From NCBI RefSeq assembly GCF_009914755.1, contig NC_060933.1: DNA of 64,000 bases, one strand, 5' to 3'. The translations under genes and the position numbers were made by a program. The DNA comes from the human T2T-CHM13v2.0 reference genome, Homo sapiens. The notes under the pieces were generated by a model. The model ran no database searches. It saw only the letters and a list, made by a program, of their open reading frames with translations, and was not told where the DNA came from. Shown in pieces: positions 19,231 through 32,229 of this stretch (position 1 is its first letter; every line of letters starts with the position of its first letter).

Positions 19231-20779
19231 AATAGATGATAAAGGTATATTCATGTAGGCCTATAAATGCATACACACATGTGAGTATATACACACATGT
19301 AGATGATGTAGATATAGACAGATGTAGATAAAGCTAGATAGAGACAGAGATATACCCCAAGTTTTCCCGGAATGTCCCTTTTCCTTATAGATCCCTTGGG
19401 AAGGTCAAGCATCTCTGGGACCCCTGGTCTCACCTCGTCTTCTGCTCAGATCTTACATCTGCTTATGTAAAGCCTTTTGTGGTTTACAAAAGATTTGTAA
19501 ACCTATACCAACCCTATTTGATCCCTATACCAATCCTTTGGGAGGAGAAATGTGGGTGTCATTCTTCCATCTTACAGATGAGAGGACAGGTAGATTCCGA
19601 TTCAACCACAAGACTGGAGAGTCTAGGTCTTCCAATTCCCATTCCTGTGCTCCTTTCACTTGATGAGGCTACCAGTGGAGCCAGCTCTGCATTTGACTCA
19701 ACCATGTAGGCTCAGCCACTACCCCTTCCAAACACTTCACAGATCCCTCCTCTCTACTCCAACAGCACACTAGCCCCACCATGTGCCCTGTGCTCCCTAA
19801 CCCCAGAGCTTAACCACACAGATGGAAACTGTCTACTGGCTTGTCTGATCTGCCACGCTTCTCTAAATGTGAGCCCCACAGTCAATCACTCCTCATTCCC
19901 CTGTCTACCCCATGCCCAGTGCCGTGCTTGGCACATAGAAAACGCTCAGTAAATGTTTGTCAAATAAATGATTCAGTGAATAATCATTCTAGAGCTGGTG
20001 GCTTCATAGGATTTGAGTTATTGCATTTTTTTTCTATCTATAAAGAAAAGCTCTGAGATGACCCCTCAGCTGTGTTCAGATATTGTAAATAATTGATCAT
20101 AAAGATGAAACACACAGCCTGGACAGAGACCAGGAAACCTGTCAATATCATGGGAATAAATCTCTGCTCACAGCGGCCCAATGCCTGAGCTGGCTTTCCA
20201 AGGCCATTAAACTATCACTGCAGCTCGGGCATTAGTTGGAATAAAGTGTTTGTGTTTGTTTGTTATCATTTCTTAGTAAAACTAATTAACGAACTAATTG
20301 ATTGTTTTGTTGTTCTACTAATTAACTCCATATGGTGCCCATTTCCATGGAGATAGACTATGAGTTATGGGAAGGACTCTGATTTAACATGCCGTTTCTG
20401 GGTTTGGGGATAATCCTTTAGAATTAAGGATCCTTTTCAATCTCATTTCCCTTCATTGCTGCAGCCATGAACTTGACCTTTCCAGCTCCTTGAGGGTGGG
20501 GAGATGGGGTCTGCCATGACCAGCCAGGAAAGAGCTCTGAAGGGACAAGAGAACCCAAGGCTAGAATGGATCATCAAGAAAGCCCCAAGCTAAGACAATA
20601 GCAATTATTGCAGAAGCTACCACTTTGAGCACCTGCTATGTAGCTGCCATCACACTGAACACTGTACATGCATTATCCCAAAACCTTTCAATGACCAACA
20701 CCCACATTAGTGCTCCCATTTTGCAGAAAAAGAAACTGAGTCCTCAGAGTGATTTGCCTATGGTTATCCCAGCAATTTG

Positions 20780-21330
20780 TTTGTTCATTCCTTTGTTCAT
20801 TCATTCATTCAACAAATATTTATTCAGCACCCACTACATGCCAGGCACAGTTCCAACCTCTGGAAATAGCTCTGGATCAGACAAATTCAATCCTTCTGCT
20901 CACAAAGCTTATATTCTAGAAGGGAGAGATAAGTAATAAATGAGAAAACAAATAAACAAGGTTATTTTAAATAATGACTAGGGCAATAAAAAATGTCTAG
21001 GTGGTGAGAGAGAGAGAGAACACAATGCAGGTGCTATTTGAAATCAGTTGGTTAGAGAAAATCTCTGTGAGCAGGTGATATCTGAGCTAGAATCTTGATA
21101 ATAAGAAGGAACCATCCACGTGAATAGCTCAGGCAAGAACCTTCTAGACAAAGAGAATCGCAAGAGAAAGCTGAGGCAGGAAGGAGCTTCTGTTCCCCAG
21201 GAACCAGAGAGAGCCCAGAGGAAAAGAATCAGGGGGAGGAGGAAAGGAGAGGTGAGGTCAGATATGGAAGCAAAGCCAGGCCACGTCTTGGTAGAGTTTG
21301 GGTTGTCTTTTATGTGGAGGATTCAGTCCA
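20780..21330 (-). mobile_element. L2 fragment
   Basis: (TTCA)n CAACAAATATTTATTCAGCACCCACTACATGCCAGGCAC antisense tail. Confidence 0.75.
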
Positions 21331-21579
21331 CCTGACTCTGGAGCTCATATTGTTCTCATCACCCTGTGCTACCCTCAGTTACAAGTCTGAATGATCCCAC
21401 AAACATACACAGGGCACTCACCAAATGAGGTCCTGAGCAGGTCCTTGTTAGAGCCACTTTCCAAGGCTCCTGACCTGTGATCCCAGATCCTCAATAATCA
21501 AAGAAATTAGTCTTCAGATGCTTGACTCAGGAATGGGGATACCATTTATCTAAGGTCAGGCCCCAGAGCTCAAGGACCC

Positions 21580-21992
21580 AGGTCACAGTGTTCAGTAAAT
21601 ATTCACTCCCCTCTCCTTCCTGTGGTGGTAGGATGTTGGCCAGACCAGGTGATTTGCTTTGGCCCAGGGAAGCCAGCACATGTTATGCAAGTAGGGGCCT
21701 TACATGTCCTACCTAGATTGTCCAGGCCCTTGTGCTCATGTGACCTCTCATGCGGTGTCTTCCCAGGTAGCTTCTGTCCTTCAGCCTGGTCCTCAAAACA
21801 ATCCCCCAGTCTGGAGCCACACCCAGCTGGCCACAGCCAGCCTGAAACAGAGACATTCAGCCTGGATCAGCTGAACCACCCACAGTCAATCCACAGACTT
21901 GGAAACCTAAGAACAAAGGCATGTTGCTGTAAGCTACTGAGATTTAGGGATGTTTGTTATGCGATAGTATTGTGGTAATAGCTAATTAGTAT
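21580..21992 (+). mobile_element. Old MLT1 (I/J-like) LTR
   Basis: 3' end TGTTGCTGTAAGCTACTGAGATTTAGGGATGTTTGTTATGC..AATAGCTAA. Confidence 0.6.
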
Positions 21993-22274
21993 GCCTACTA
22001 TGTGCCAGCCCTTGACTAGATGCTGGGATGCAGAAATGAGTAGTAAGGTTAAGGAATTGTCTCCGCCCTTGAGGAATTGACAGTCTACTATGATATGACT
22101 TATTTTTTTAAAGTCATTATTAACTCAATTCAGAAACATTGGACTTTCACACTGATTAGATACTCTGATTGGCAGCTGCATAATTAAAAATTTGAAAGGG
22201 ACAAGATTAACTAATTATAACTTAAAATGTGCAAAGGCTTCTAGCAGTAGGCAGACTAATAAAGTGAAGTCACA

Positions 22275-22500
22275 GTGTGGTAGAAGAATGCAGTTTCTGA
22301 AGCCAGACCTACTGGCTTCAAATCCTTTTCCTGCTGTTTAGTAGCTGGATGATTTTAGAAAACAGACTCAACCTCTCTGAGCTCCAGTTTTTACATCTCT
22401 ATAATACAGAAAATGATGCCCACTTCCCATGAAGTTGTCAAGATTGTACAAGAAAGTATATGTAACATATCCAACATGGTGTCTATTAGGACAAGCTCCC
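22275..22500 (+). mobile_element. MIR
   Basis: AGTGTGGTAGAAGAATGCAGTTTCTGAAGCCAGAC..TTCAAATCC..AACCTCTCTGAGCTCCAGTTT. Confidence 0.7.
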
Positions 22501-22800
22501 TTTTAGCTGTAGGTTCTTTGTTTTCTTTTTCTTTTCTTCCTTTTTTTTTTTTTTTTTTGCAATTTGATTGTGGTAAGAACAACTTAATATGAGATCTACC
22601 CCCCTAATAGACTTTCAAGTGGGCAATTCAGCATTGTTATCTATAGGCATAATGTTGTACCACACATCTCTAGAACTTATTCATCTTGCACACCTGAGAT
22701 CAGTAGTAACCCCCCAGTTTCCCCTCCCCTCCGCTGCTGGCAGCCACATTCTACTTTCTGCCTCTATGATTTTGACTATTATATCTATCTTTCTCTCTCT

Positions 22801-23243
<443 letters not shown>

Positions 23244-23791
23244 TAGTTTTTCATTGTATTTATATGCCACATTGTCTTTATCTAGTCATTCATAGATGGA
23301 CATTTGGGTTGTTTCTACAACATCTTGGTTATTATAAATAGTACTGCTGCCAAGAATACACACTGGGGAGAAGACATTCTCTTTCACAAATGGTGTTGGA
23401 AAAAACAGATATCTATATGCAAAAGTTACAAATTGGAACTTCTCTTCCGCCATACCCCAAAATCAACCCAAAATGGATTAAACACTTAAACCTAAGACCT
23501 GAAACTCCTAAAACCCCTAGAAGAAAACACAAGAGAAGCTTCATATCATTGGTCTTTGCAATTACTTCAGGGATAGGACACCAAAAACACAGGCAACAAA
23601 AGCAAAAATAGGCAAATGTGACTACATCAGACTAAAAAGTGTCTGCACAGAAAAGGAAGCAATCAACAGAGTGAAAGGGCAAACTATGCAATGAAGGAAA
23701 ACATTTGCAAACAATATATCTCATAAGGCGTTAATTTCTAGAATATATAAGGAATTTCTACAACTCAATAGCCAAAGAATCCCCAAAATCC

Positions 23792-23960
23792 AACTTATTG
23801 TATATGCAAAATAGCTACATTTGTAATGTTCCCAACACAAGAAAAATAAACATTTGAGGTGATAGATATGTCAAGTATCCTGATCTCATTCTTACACATT
23901 ATATACAGGTATCGAAATATCACCAGTACTCCAAAAATATGTACAACAATTACATATTAA
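23792..23960 (+). mobile_element. Short L1MA-type 3' end nested in the L1M
   Basis: AAAATAGCTA..AATGTTCCCAACACAAG..TTTGAGGTGATAGATATG..GTATCGAAATATCAC..AAATATGTACAA interrupts ORF2 just before AATGGGCTAAAGAG. Confidence 0.7.
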
Positions 23961-24311
23961 TTTTTAATGGGCTAAAGAGTTGAATAGACATTTCTTCAAA
24001 GAAGACAAATAAATGGCCAACACATGTGACAAGGTAGTCAATTTTACTAATTATCAGGGAAGTGCAAATCAAAACTTCAATGAGATATTGCCTCACATCT
24101 GTCAGGATGGTTATTATCAAAAACACAAAAGGCACCAAGTGTCAGTGAGGGTATGAAGAAAAAGGGAACTTTTGTACATTGTTGGTGGGAATATAAAATG
24201 ATGTCCCCTGCCATGGAAAACAGTATGGAGATTCTTCAAAAAATTAAATATAGAACTACCATATGATCCAGCAGTCTCACTTCTGGGTATTCATCCAAAG
24301 AATTGAAATCA

Positions 24312-24444
24312 GGTCAGGCAGGTGGCTCATGCCTGTAATCCCAGCATTTTGGGAGGCTGAGGCAGCAGGATCACTTGAGACCAGGAGTTCAAGACCAGCC
24401 TGGGTGACAGAGTGAGACCAAGTCTCTCAAAAGAAAAAAAAAAG
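24312..24444 (+). mobile_element. Alu monomer (FLAM-like or arm-recombined AluJ)
   Basis: ~115 nt plus A-tail; exact 15-bp TSD AAAGAATTGAAATCA at 24297-24311 and 24445-24459. Confidence 0.9.
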
Positions 24445-25474
24445 AAAGAATTGAAATCAAGATCTTGAAAAGACATCTGAACTCTCATGCCCTTAAATCC
24501 ATTTTAGAGATGACAGAGATCTGACTTCAATCCTGTCTTCGCCACCACTCTGCAAAGTCAACCCCTTCCCCCATCTAGGCCTCAGTGTCTTCATCTATAA
24601 AATAAGAACATGGGGCTAGGAAATTCCAGAAGATCCCCATTAATTCTAAAAAGCAGCAAATTTGCTGTCTCCTGCATCGCTTCAGATTCCAACAATCATG
24701 GATGCTTCCTAAGAACCATGAGAGCTTAGGATGGGAAGGGGCTCCTCCTCTCTACCTTTCCTCCCAGCGAGTGCTCAGGACATCTTCCCGCTCACCCCGT
24801 TTCTTAAATGTCCTCCCTGACTTTTTCCTCCAGTCCCTGTCTCTAAACTTTCCAACTATTTATTTCCTCTGATGTTGTCTGAAGCTCCAGGATAATTGTT
24901 GCAGGAGAAGCAATCAGCTCAGCCTTCGACAAGTCATCGAGACGACAGGCAAGCAAGGGTATTAGGCTGTCAATTTCCGAGCCCTTCCAAATGTTGCAAC
25001 AATTTTGGTGAATTACAAGCAATAGAAAATCACTCTGGGTGCTCATTAGGCAGGAGATAGGAGTGATGATGAATGCTTGGAAGTGAAGGCAGAAGCAGGC
25101 TTTCCCAGAGCCAAAAGCCCACCTTCTGGCATCTTCTAGGGATGGCTCACTTAACCCTTGCTGATCTGGAGGAAGTCCAAGGAGACAAATCCTCCAGGCT
25201 TTGGTCAATCCACTCAGGATTTATAGAATTCCCATTGTGCATATTGGGTCCTATATTGTTCAGTCCAGTGAGAGAAAGGCATTTAAAAATACCACAAAAG
25301 ATACAAAAGATAAAAACTGTGGGAGTAAGGAAGAGAGAGAGAAACTGATTCTGACTGGGGGGTTGAGGGCAGCTTCATGGAAGAGGTGGTATTTTAGTGG
25401 GGTCTTGAAGAATGAGTAGAACATCAAAATATACCCTTCCCCTGCCATTGATGATGATGATCATGATGACGACC

Positions 25475-25660
25475 AACACTTACATGATGTTTGCGTAATT
25501 CTATTATATCCAAGTCTTGTAATTAAATGCCTTGCATATATATAACATTATGTAACAATTCACAATAAGCCTTAGTTAGATATTATTACTATCCCCATTT
25601 TATAGATGAAGAAACTGAGGCACAGAGAATTTAAGTAATTACCTGAAGAAGCACAGCCAA
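25475..25660 (-). mobile_element. MIR
   Basis: ATCCCCATTTTATAGATGAAGAAACTGAGGCACAGAGAATTTAAGTAA core. Confidence 0.8.
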
Positions 25661-27729
25661 AAACTGTCTAAGCAGAAATACATAAGAAGTAATATGGATG
25701 AGTCATTTGAAGCAGACATGGGCTGATTCTCGTATAGTTTTAGGAAAAAATGAGAGGTGATTAATGAACAGTAGGAACATCGCTGAGGAAGAGCTGGGTT
25801 CAATTCCAGGCTCCACCATGTACTACTCAGGTGATTAGTCAGGTGGCTCAGGGGAATTACTTATATGTCCTGAGCCTCAAGCTCCTTAAAGGAGTTACCA
25901 TGGTCCCTGGCATCCAGTAGCAACATTCAGAAATAATGGCAGCTGGAAATCAGCAACAGAAAACTAGATCTGCATTCATTCCAACACTCATAGCATACAT
26001 TGAGCACCTGCTGTGGGCCCGGCACCAGGTAAAGTGTTGTGGGGAGAAAGACAAATGAGACCAAATCCTTGCTCTTGTGGGAAATGCAGTGTGGTAGGGA
26101 ATGCTTGTAAGTATTAATCTATGTGCTTGCTCCTAGACTCTGGGGTCACGGAATTCTTTCAATTGTACCCCAAGGGCCTCTTCTTTTTCCAGCTCCCCAG
26201 GCTGCTTGTGAAGGTAAAAGTCATCTATTGTGGAATGTAAAACAAAGGTTGTTGTGAATACTTTCAAATTCACAGAGTCAGAGAGAGTTTTTGTGATTGC
26301 AGAAACCAAATAAAGGGCATAAGAATGAAAAAAGGGAGAGAAAAAGTTGAAAAGGGACCCGGGGGACCAAAAAGGGTGAGGTGGAGATTTGTCTAGAGGA
26401 ATAAAATGACCTTGTACCTAAGTGTCAGGGTATACAGGAATGCAAACTGCCTCAGCAGCATCTGAAGGGGACCCCATCGGCCAGAGGTCAAGTCCTTCAA
26501 CCGTTGGTCATTCAGCCTTCCATGGTTGTTGTCTGTGCCCTGCAGACTGTGCCTCCCATTGGTTCATTCCATGAAAACCATCCATGGTCCCAGGGTCTTT
26601 GACACTTTCAAGGATCCCAGAGGAGAGGACAGAGGTGTTGGACACCTTATGGGATGATTGTGGCCTGAAGGAAAATCCTCAACCCCTGACCAATATGGCA
26701 CTAAAAAGAACCAGTTTGAAATGGTCTCATTTTACTGCCTGGGGAAAGGAGTCAGAGAAATGAAGGCTTTGGAGATGCTGGTGCTGAGATGGAACCTGTC
26801 CACTGTCCCAGATTACAAAGGACAGTAAGGTCAATTCTACCAGTGGAGACAAGAGAAGGTTTAGAAAAACTTAATAGATAAGGTTGACCTTTAAGCTAAG
26901 TCCTGGTCCTAACCACCATGTCTTGGGGTGGAGCAGGGCAGTCATGTTGCCAACAGTAGCAAGACTGAGGCTTCAACTGAAGGGCCTGGGTAAGCAGGAG
27001 GTAACAAAATGGAAACGTGACTTAGGACAGAAAACAGGACCCCTCAGATCTGGGACAGAATGGAGGTTGGGGGAAGAGAACTCAATGATGAGTCCAGAGC
27101 TTGAGGCTGGAGCCCCTCTGGCCTCAAGTCAGGAACAGTCCTAGCCCCAGTGGCAAGATGAAGTCACAGAGGGGTTCAAGTGCTCAATCTGGGGATAGGG
27201 TGCAGACTGAGGCAGAGTCTGGAAGCCAGGCTGCACTCGACACATAAAGATGGATGTAAAATATTTGCGTTTTGACCCAAAGGTCAACTGCCTAAGCCTC
27301 CAAATGGAAGAAATACAGTTTAAGAGAAGTTTCTATGAAAAAGATTTAAAAGTAAAAGACGACTGCAAGCTCTGTAGAAGCCAGCCTTAAATTAAACCTA
27401 GATTTTTTACAGTTGTCCCAAATGCATGACAGTCAGATGTACAGTCAGAATTTAACTGAGGCATCTTTTAAAGCTGGCAAAGGGAATGGAAAACAAAGAT
27501 ACAAGGGCCAGTGACCCAATAAAAAGCACTGAGGCTATGAAGTCAGACAAATACAGGTTCAAATCCTGGCTACGGGTTTTAGTAGCTGCTCAACCTTCAG
27601 GAAGCTCTTTTGCTTTGCCAAGCCCTAATCTCCTCCACCGGTTTTTTTTGAAAGATTAGAGAAAACAGATGTGACGCAATTGACAGAATGCCTGGCATAA
27701 AATAGGTGCTCAAAATATGGTAGACTTCA

Positions 27730-27792
27730 ATGATATGAAAGTGATGATGGTGGCAGTGGTGGTGGTGATGATGATAAATGAAATGATGATGT
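27730..27792. repeat. (TGA/TGG)n low-complexity tract at a MIR tail
   Basis: GTGATGATGGTGGCAGTGGTGGTGGTGATGATGATAAATG. Confidence 0.7.
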
Positions 27793-29209
27793 TGCTCTTT
27801 AATTAAGCCAGGCTGTGATGACACTCACCAGACCCCATGAGGTGGGGTACTCTTAAAATCTTAAGAGATGGCGAATAAGCATCCAGGTGTATAGTAAAAG
27901 AATCATCGCAGCTGGGGGCCTCTGAAGAGAGAAAACTTTATTTCATAGTCAATTGAAGCTGGAACTCTGGGTGGACAATAAAAATAGCTGTCATTTGCAG
28001 GGCTCTCCCTAGGGGCTGCAAGATGTATGGGGCTTTCACATTCATCAACCCATTTCAGCCCGACAGCACTCTGTGAGAGAGGCAGGGATGGCGTTCCCTC
28101 CCAGCAGAGGGAACAGCCCATGCAAAGACTCTGAGAGGGAGAAGATAGACAGCTGGAGAGTGGAAAACAAAGAGCAGAAGGGGCAAGAGGACACAGAACA
28201 CAATAAATGGGACTCACACCTATAAAGCTTCTGGAACGGTGCCTGGCACACAGTAAGTGCTCAGAAAACTCAGATTCTTTGTCATCACTGTCACCAGAAT
28301 CAAGAAGGAGAGGTGCTGCTGCAAGAGACAAAGAGCTCCCTGTCGTGGGAGGCATCCCACAGTGGTGGTCGGCAGACCTTTCAGGGAGCTGCAGAAAAGT
28401 ACATTGAAGCATTGATTGGGGCAAGCCTTGGCTCTACCACGTCTGGGAACCATGTTGACCATTGCTCCCTGTGAGCTGGGGACCTGAGAAGACGGGGACA
28501 CAGGAGGCATGGAGATATCTGGGGTGCCCTGAAATTCCTCTGTTTAAATGGAGCCCACTCCCCCGCTGCAGGCATCTGGCCATTACCAACTGCTGGGCTA
28601 CAGGTAAATTTTGCCAGAGGCACCCAGCTGTCCCTAGGCATAAATGCCCCAGAAAGGCAGCCTTTCCCTTTGTGCCTTAATCTCATTTGAACTTGTCCTA
28701 CCTCCTTTGTTCTCCCATTTTAATGATTCCATTCTCTCCACCGCCCCCCTCGACAACCACCCTGGATCAGCCCCCACAGCAGGGAGCCCTTTAATTGGCA
28801 GCGACGTTGCCAACGCTCAGCTGCGCAGGTGGAGAGGCATTTAGTGGTGTTTGTTCTGTGTAGGGGGAAGAAGGGAGAGTTCTTCAAAACCAAGTAGCTA
28901 CAGTAGCTTATTCAACACAATTTGAAGGTGATAAATTGGACCTGATTTTTTTGTCATTTTTTTCCCCTGCCGGCTCTTCTGACAAGTGGCCACTGCTGAG
29001 ATTGCCGAAGGAGACAGAATTGCTTTCCCCAGCAGCAACTGCCTTCCTGCTGCCTCCCTTCCTTCCTTCCTTCCCTCCCTTCTTTCCTTCAGGGGCCACC
29101 ACACCACCCACTACAAGGCCAGCCTCAGGGCAGTGCCCGACAGACCTAGGGCAGCATCTCTGAGGATCCATGTGGCCAGGCTGCTGAGCTCTGTTAAGAA
29201 ATATCTGGA

Positions 29210-29518
<309 letters not shown>

Positions 29519-29944
29519 AAGAAATATCTGGAAAGAAGGCCAGCTGTATACATTCACTGGAGTGTGACAATTGGGTCCAGAAGCTCAGGCTCTGAGAACG
29601 CTCTCCTCCTTCTTCTCCAGTCCCTTTCTTACTCAACACCTCAAGTAATTTATTTATTCCACAAGTGTCTATTAAATACCTATTACTGCCAGAGCACCAT
29701 ATGTCAGTGAGCAAAACAAAAAATTTCCTGCCCCAGTGGATAAGAGGGAGGATACACACAACTCTTAGTATGTTTAATAAATCAGCACATTACATGTATT
29801 CACAGGGTGTTGAGGGCTAAGGGAAAAACAAGCACAGGAGGAAAAGGGTGATTGAGAGTGTGGGATAGGAGTGGGGAGTTTGCAATTTTTGATAAGGTGA
29901 ACAAGGTAGCCCTTATTGAAACAGTGATGTGGGGGTGGTGTCCT

Positions 29945-30127
29945 GAATGCATGCACTCAATCACTCACTACCCCATGCATTCATGACACCGTTCATTCAT
30001 TCACTCCTTCATCCATGCAGGTATCCATTCATTCACTCAATCACTCATTCCTCATTTACTCATTCACTATTCATTGCCCCATTTTCTTGCTCACTCATTC
30101 ATACATTCGTTCATGAGCTCACTCACC
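29945..30127. repeat. Degenerate (TCAT/TCAC)n simple repeat, probably an expanded L2 tail
   Basis: CATTCATTCACTCC..CATTCATTCACTCAATCACTCATT.. over about 180 bp. Confidence 0.75.
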
Positions 30128-31394
30128 CACCAGTGTCTCAGGCACTGAGCCCTTTTCATTTCTTCCCACAAACATGTCTCATGCCCGCCTCGCTTCTGGG
30201 CCTTGGCATCAGTTGTTCTCATAGCCTGAAATGTTACCTCTGCTCTTCTCCAACTACAGTCCTTGGTTTAGAATCACCTGCTCCAGGAAGCCTCTCTGAC
30301 TCATGGTCTAAGTTAAGGGCTCAGCTCAAGGTTTCCATACTCATCCTGTTTATCTCTATCACTACATTGTTCCAGCAGCCAGTTTCTTAGCCTGACTCCC
30401 CCACAAGATCATGAACTCCTTGAATTTTTGGACTGCATCTTATCCCCACAACTGACATTGTAGTTGGCACACCATAGATATTTAGTAAATGCTTGTAAAG
30501 TCGATCAATTTTCAGAACAGTCTGTGCAAAGAATTGGAAGGAGAATCACTGACCAGCCAGAGGCACATACTACTGGGAAGAGAAAGACATAGTTTGTGTT
30601 GAGCACCTCTATGCACCTCTATACATATAACTGATTAAGCTCACACTGACCCTATAAGGCAGGCATTTTTAACTGAACTTTTTAGATGAGGACATCAAGG
30701 CAAGAAAGGTTAAATGCATTGCCAAAGATCCCATGGACAAGAGGTGGCCCAGCTGGAATTCCTCCCAAGTCTGCCTGAATCCCTAAACTTGTTCTTGCCA
30801 CACCCATGAACTGGCTCCCTAAAGGTAAGTAAAGTCCACCTGGCCAATTTGAGAATAAGCCTAGACCTCTGGAGACACATCCATGGGGTCCCGCCCCACC
30901 CACCCCCCCACCTTCCCCTCTTAGCTACCTGCTGCTGGCTAATAGAAGATTATTCTCCTGACTCTGCATTTAAATGGGGCCAGACCTACCCAAGACCACA
31001 GAACCCTGGCCTCAGACCTTTTAACTGGTAATTACTCTGCAGCCACAGTGTGAGATCATCCATTAACCTGAGGCCAAAGTGCGCCCTGCTAATCAGCCAG
31101 TTCGGATTCCATCAAGCAGCTGGACTGATTACGGACCTTAATCACAGAGGGACGGGCACAATCAGACTGTCTAGCCCTCCTTCTAGCCCGAAGGGGAAAG
31201 AAAGTTTTATTATAGAGGGGCTGACATTTGGCAGCCTCTGCAAAGAGAGGTCACCATGGGTTGCCATAGGCGATGTCTCAGCCAAGACCCGCTTAATAAC
31301 CATGCAAGACCAAAGAAGGAGGAGGAGCTTGGGCCAAGCAGACAGGATGGAGCCTGACACAAAGCTCAAAAGTAAGAAAAGGAAGGGAACTTTT

Positions 31395-31610
31395 TGAGCA
31401 CTTACTATGGGCCAAGCAGTGCACTAGGTCCTTCACTTCTGTCACTTTTCATCTTCAAATAGTGTTGCAAGGGAGGTATTCTTGAGCCCCCATTTACAAT
31501 GGGGAAGCTGAGGTTCATTCAAGGTCAGACTGCTGGTAAGTGGCAGAGCCAAGACTCGAAGGTGAATCTTTCTGGTTTTGAAGTCTGTGCTCTTTCTGCC
31601 ACTCCCAGGT
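31395..31610 (-). mobile_element. MIR
   Basis: TGAGCACTTACTATGGGCCAAGCA..CCCCATTTACAATGGGGAAGCTGAGG..GTAAGTGGCAGAGCC. Confidence 0.75.
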
Positions 31611-32229
31611 ATCTAACTTTTAGCCTGTGTGATTTCTCTGTGCTAGGAACAAAAACAAAGTTGATATGTAGGTGGGGATTAATGTACAATGCCCATTCTA
31701 GCCTCATTTGCATTTGAAGAGAACTGTGATTAACCTGAAGAAGATGCTCACTGACAGTGGAATTTTAGGCACCATGTTAGATTACCAGGGGAGCTGTCAG
31801 CCAGGACTTTTCAGGTCTCTTAAAATAATCCCTGTCCTCCTCATTTTCTTTAATCACTGTGGCTGTGAAAGAACAGCAAGGAGAGCTTGAGACACTGTAG
31901 ATATTTCTGCCACATTCTTTGGACATAGAAAATAAATAAGAAGGAAGGTGTTCTTGGGAACAAAGGTAAGAGATGTCTACCTCAGAGCAAGATGGCCCAG
32001 TCTTGGGAAGGGTTCTTCAACCTCTCAAGAAGGAAGCCATCCTGAGAGAGGCAGTGCTACCCCAAGCTTGACAGGAGACGAGCAGGTAATCCCATTCCAT
32101 TCCTTACATGGAGCGACGTTCTGAGAACCTAAAAGGTATGAAAGGAAAAATGCCAAGGGCTTCAGACAGGTGACTCCAGCAGCTTGTCCACGACCAAAAA
32201 GATTTCTTACTTTCCCCCATAATCCCCCT

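Noticed and set aside
27597-27824. Poly-histidine ORF
   Set aside because: Translation of a (TGA/TGG)n tract at a MIR tail.
28795-28813. NFI palindrome TTGGC...GCCAA
   Set aside because: The spacer is 9 nt, not the 5 nt needed for dimeric NFI binding.
29947-30390. His/Ser-rich 147-aa ORF
   Set aside because: Arises from the (TCAT)n simple repeat and adjacent L2 sequence.
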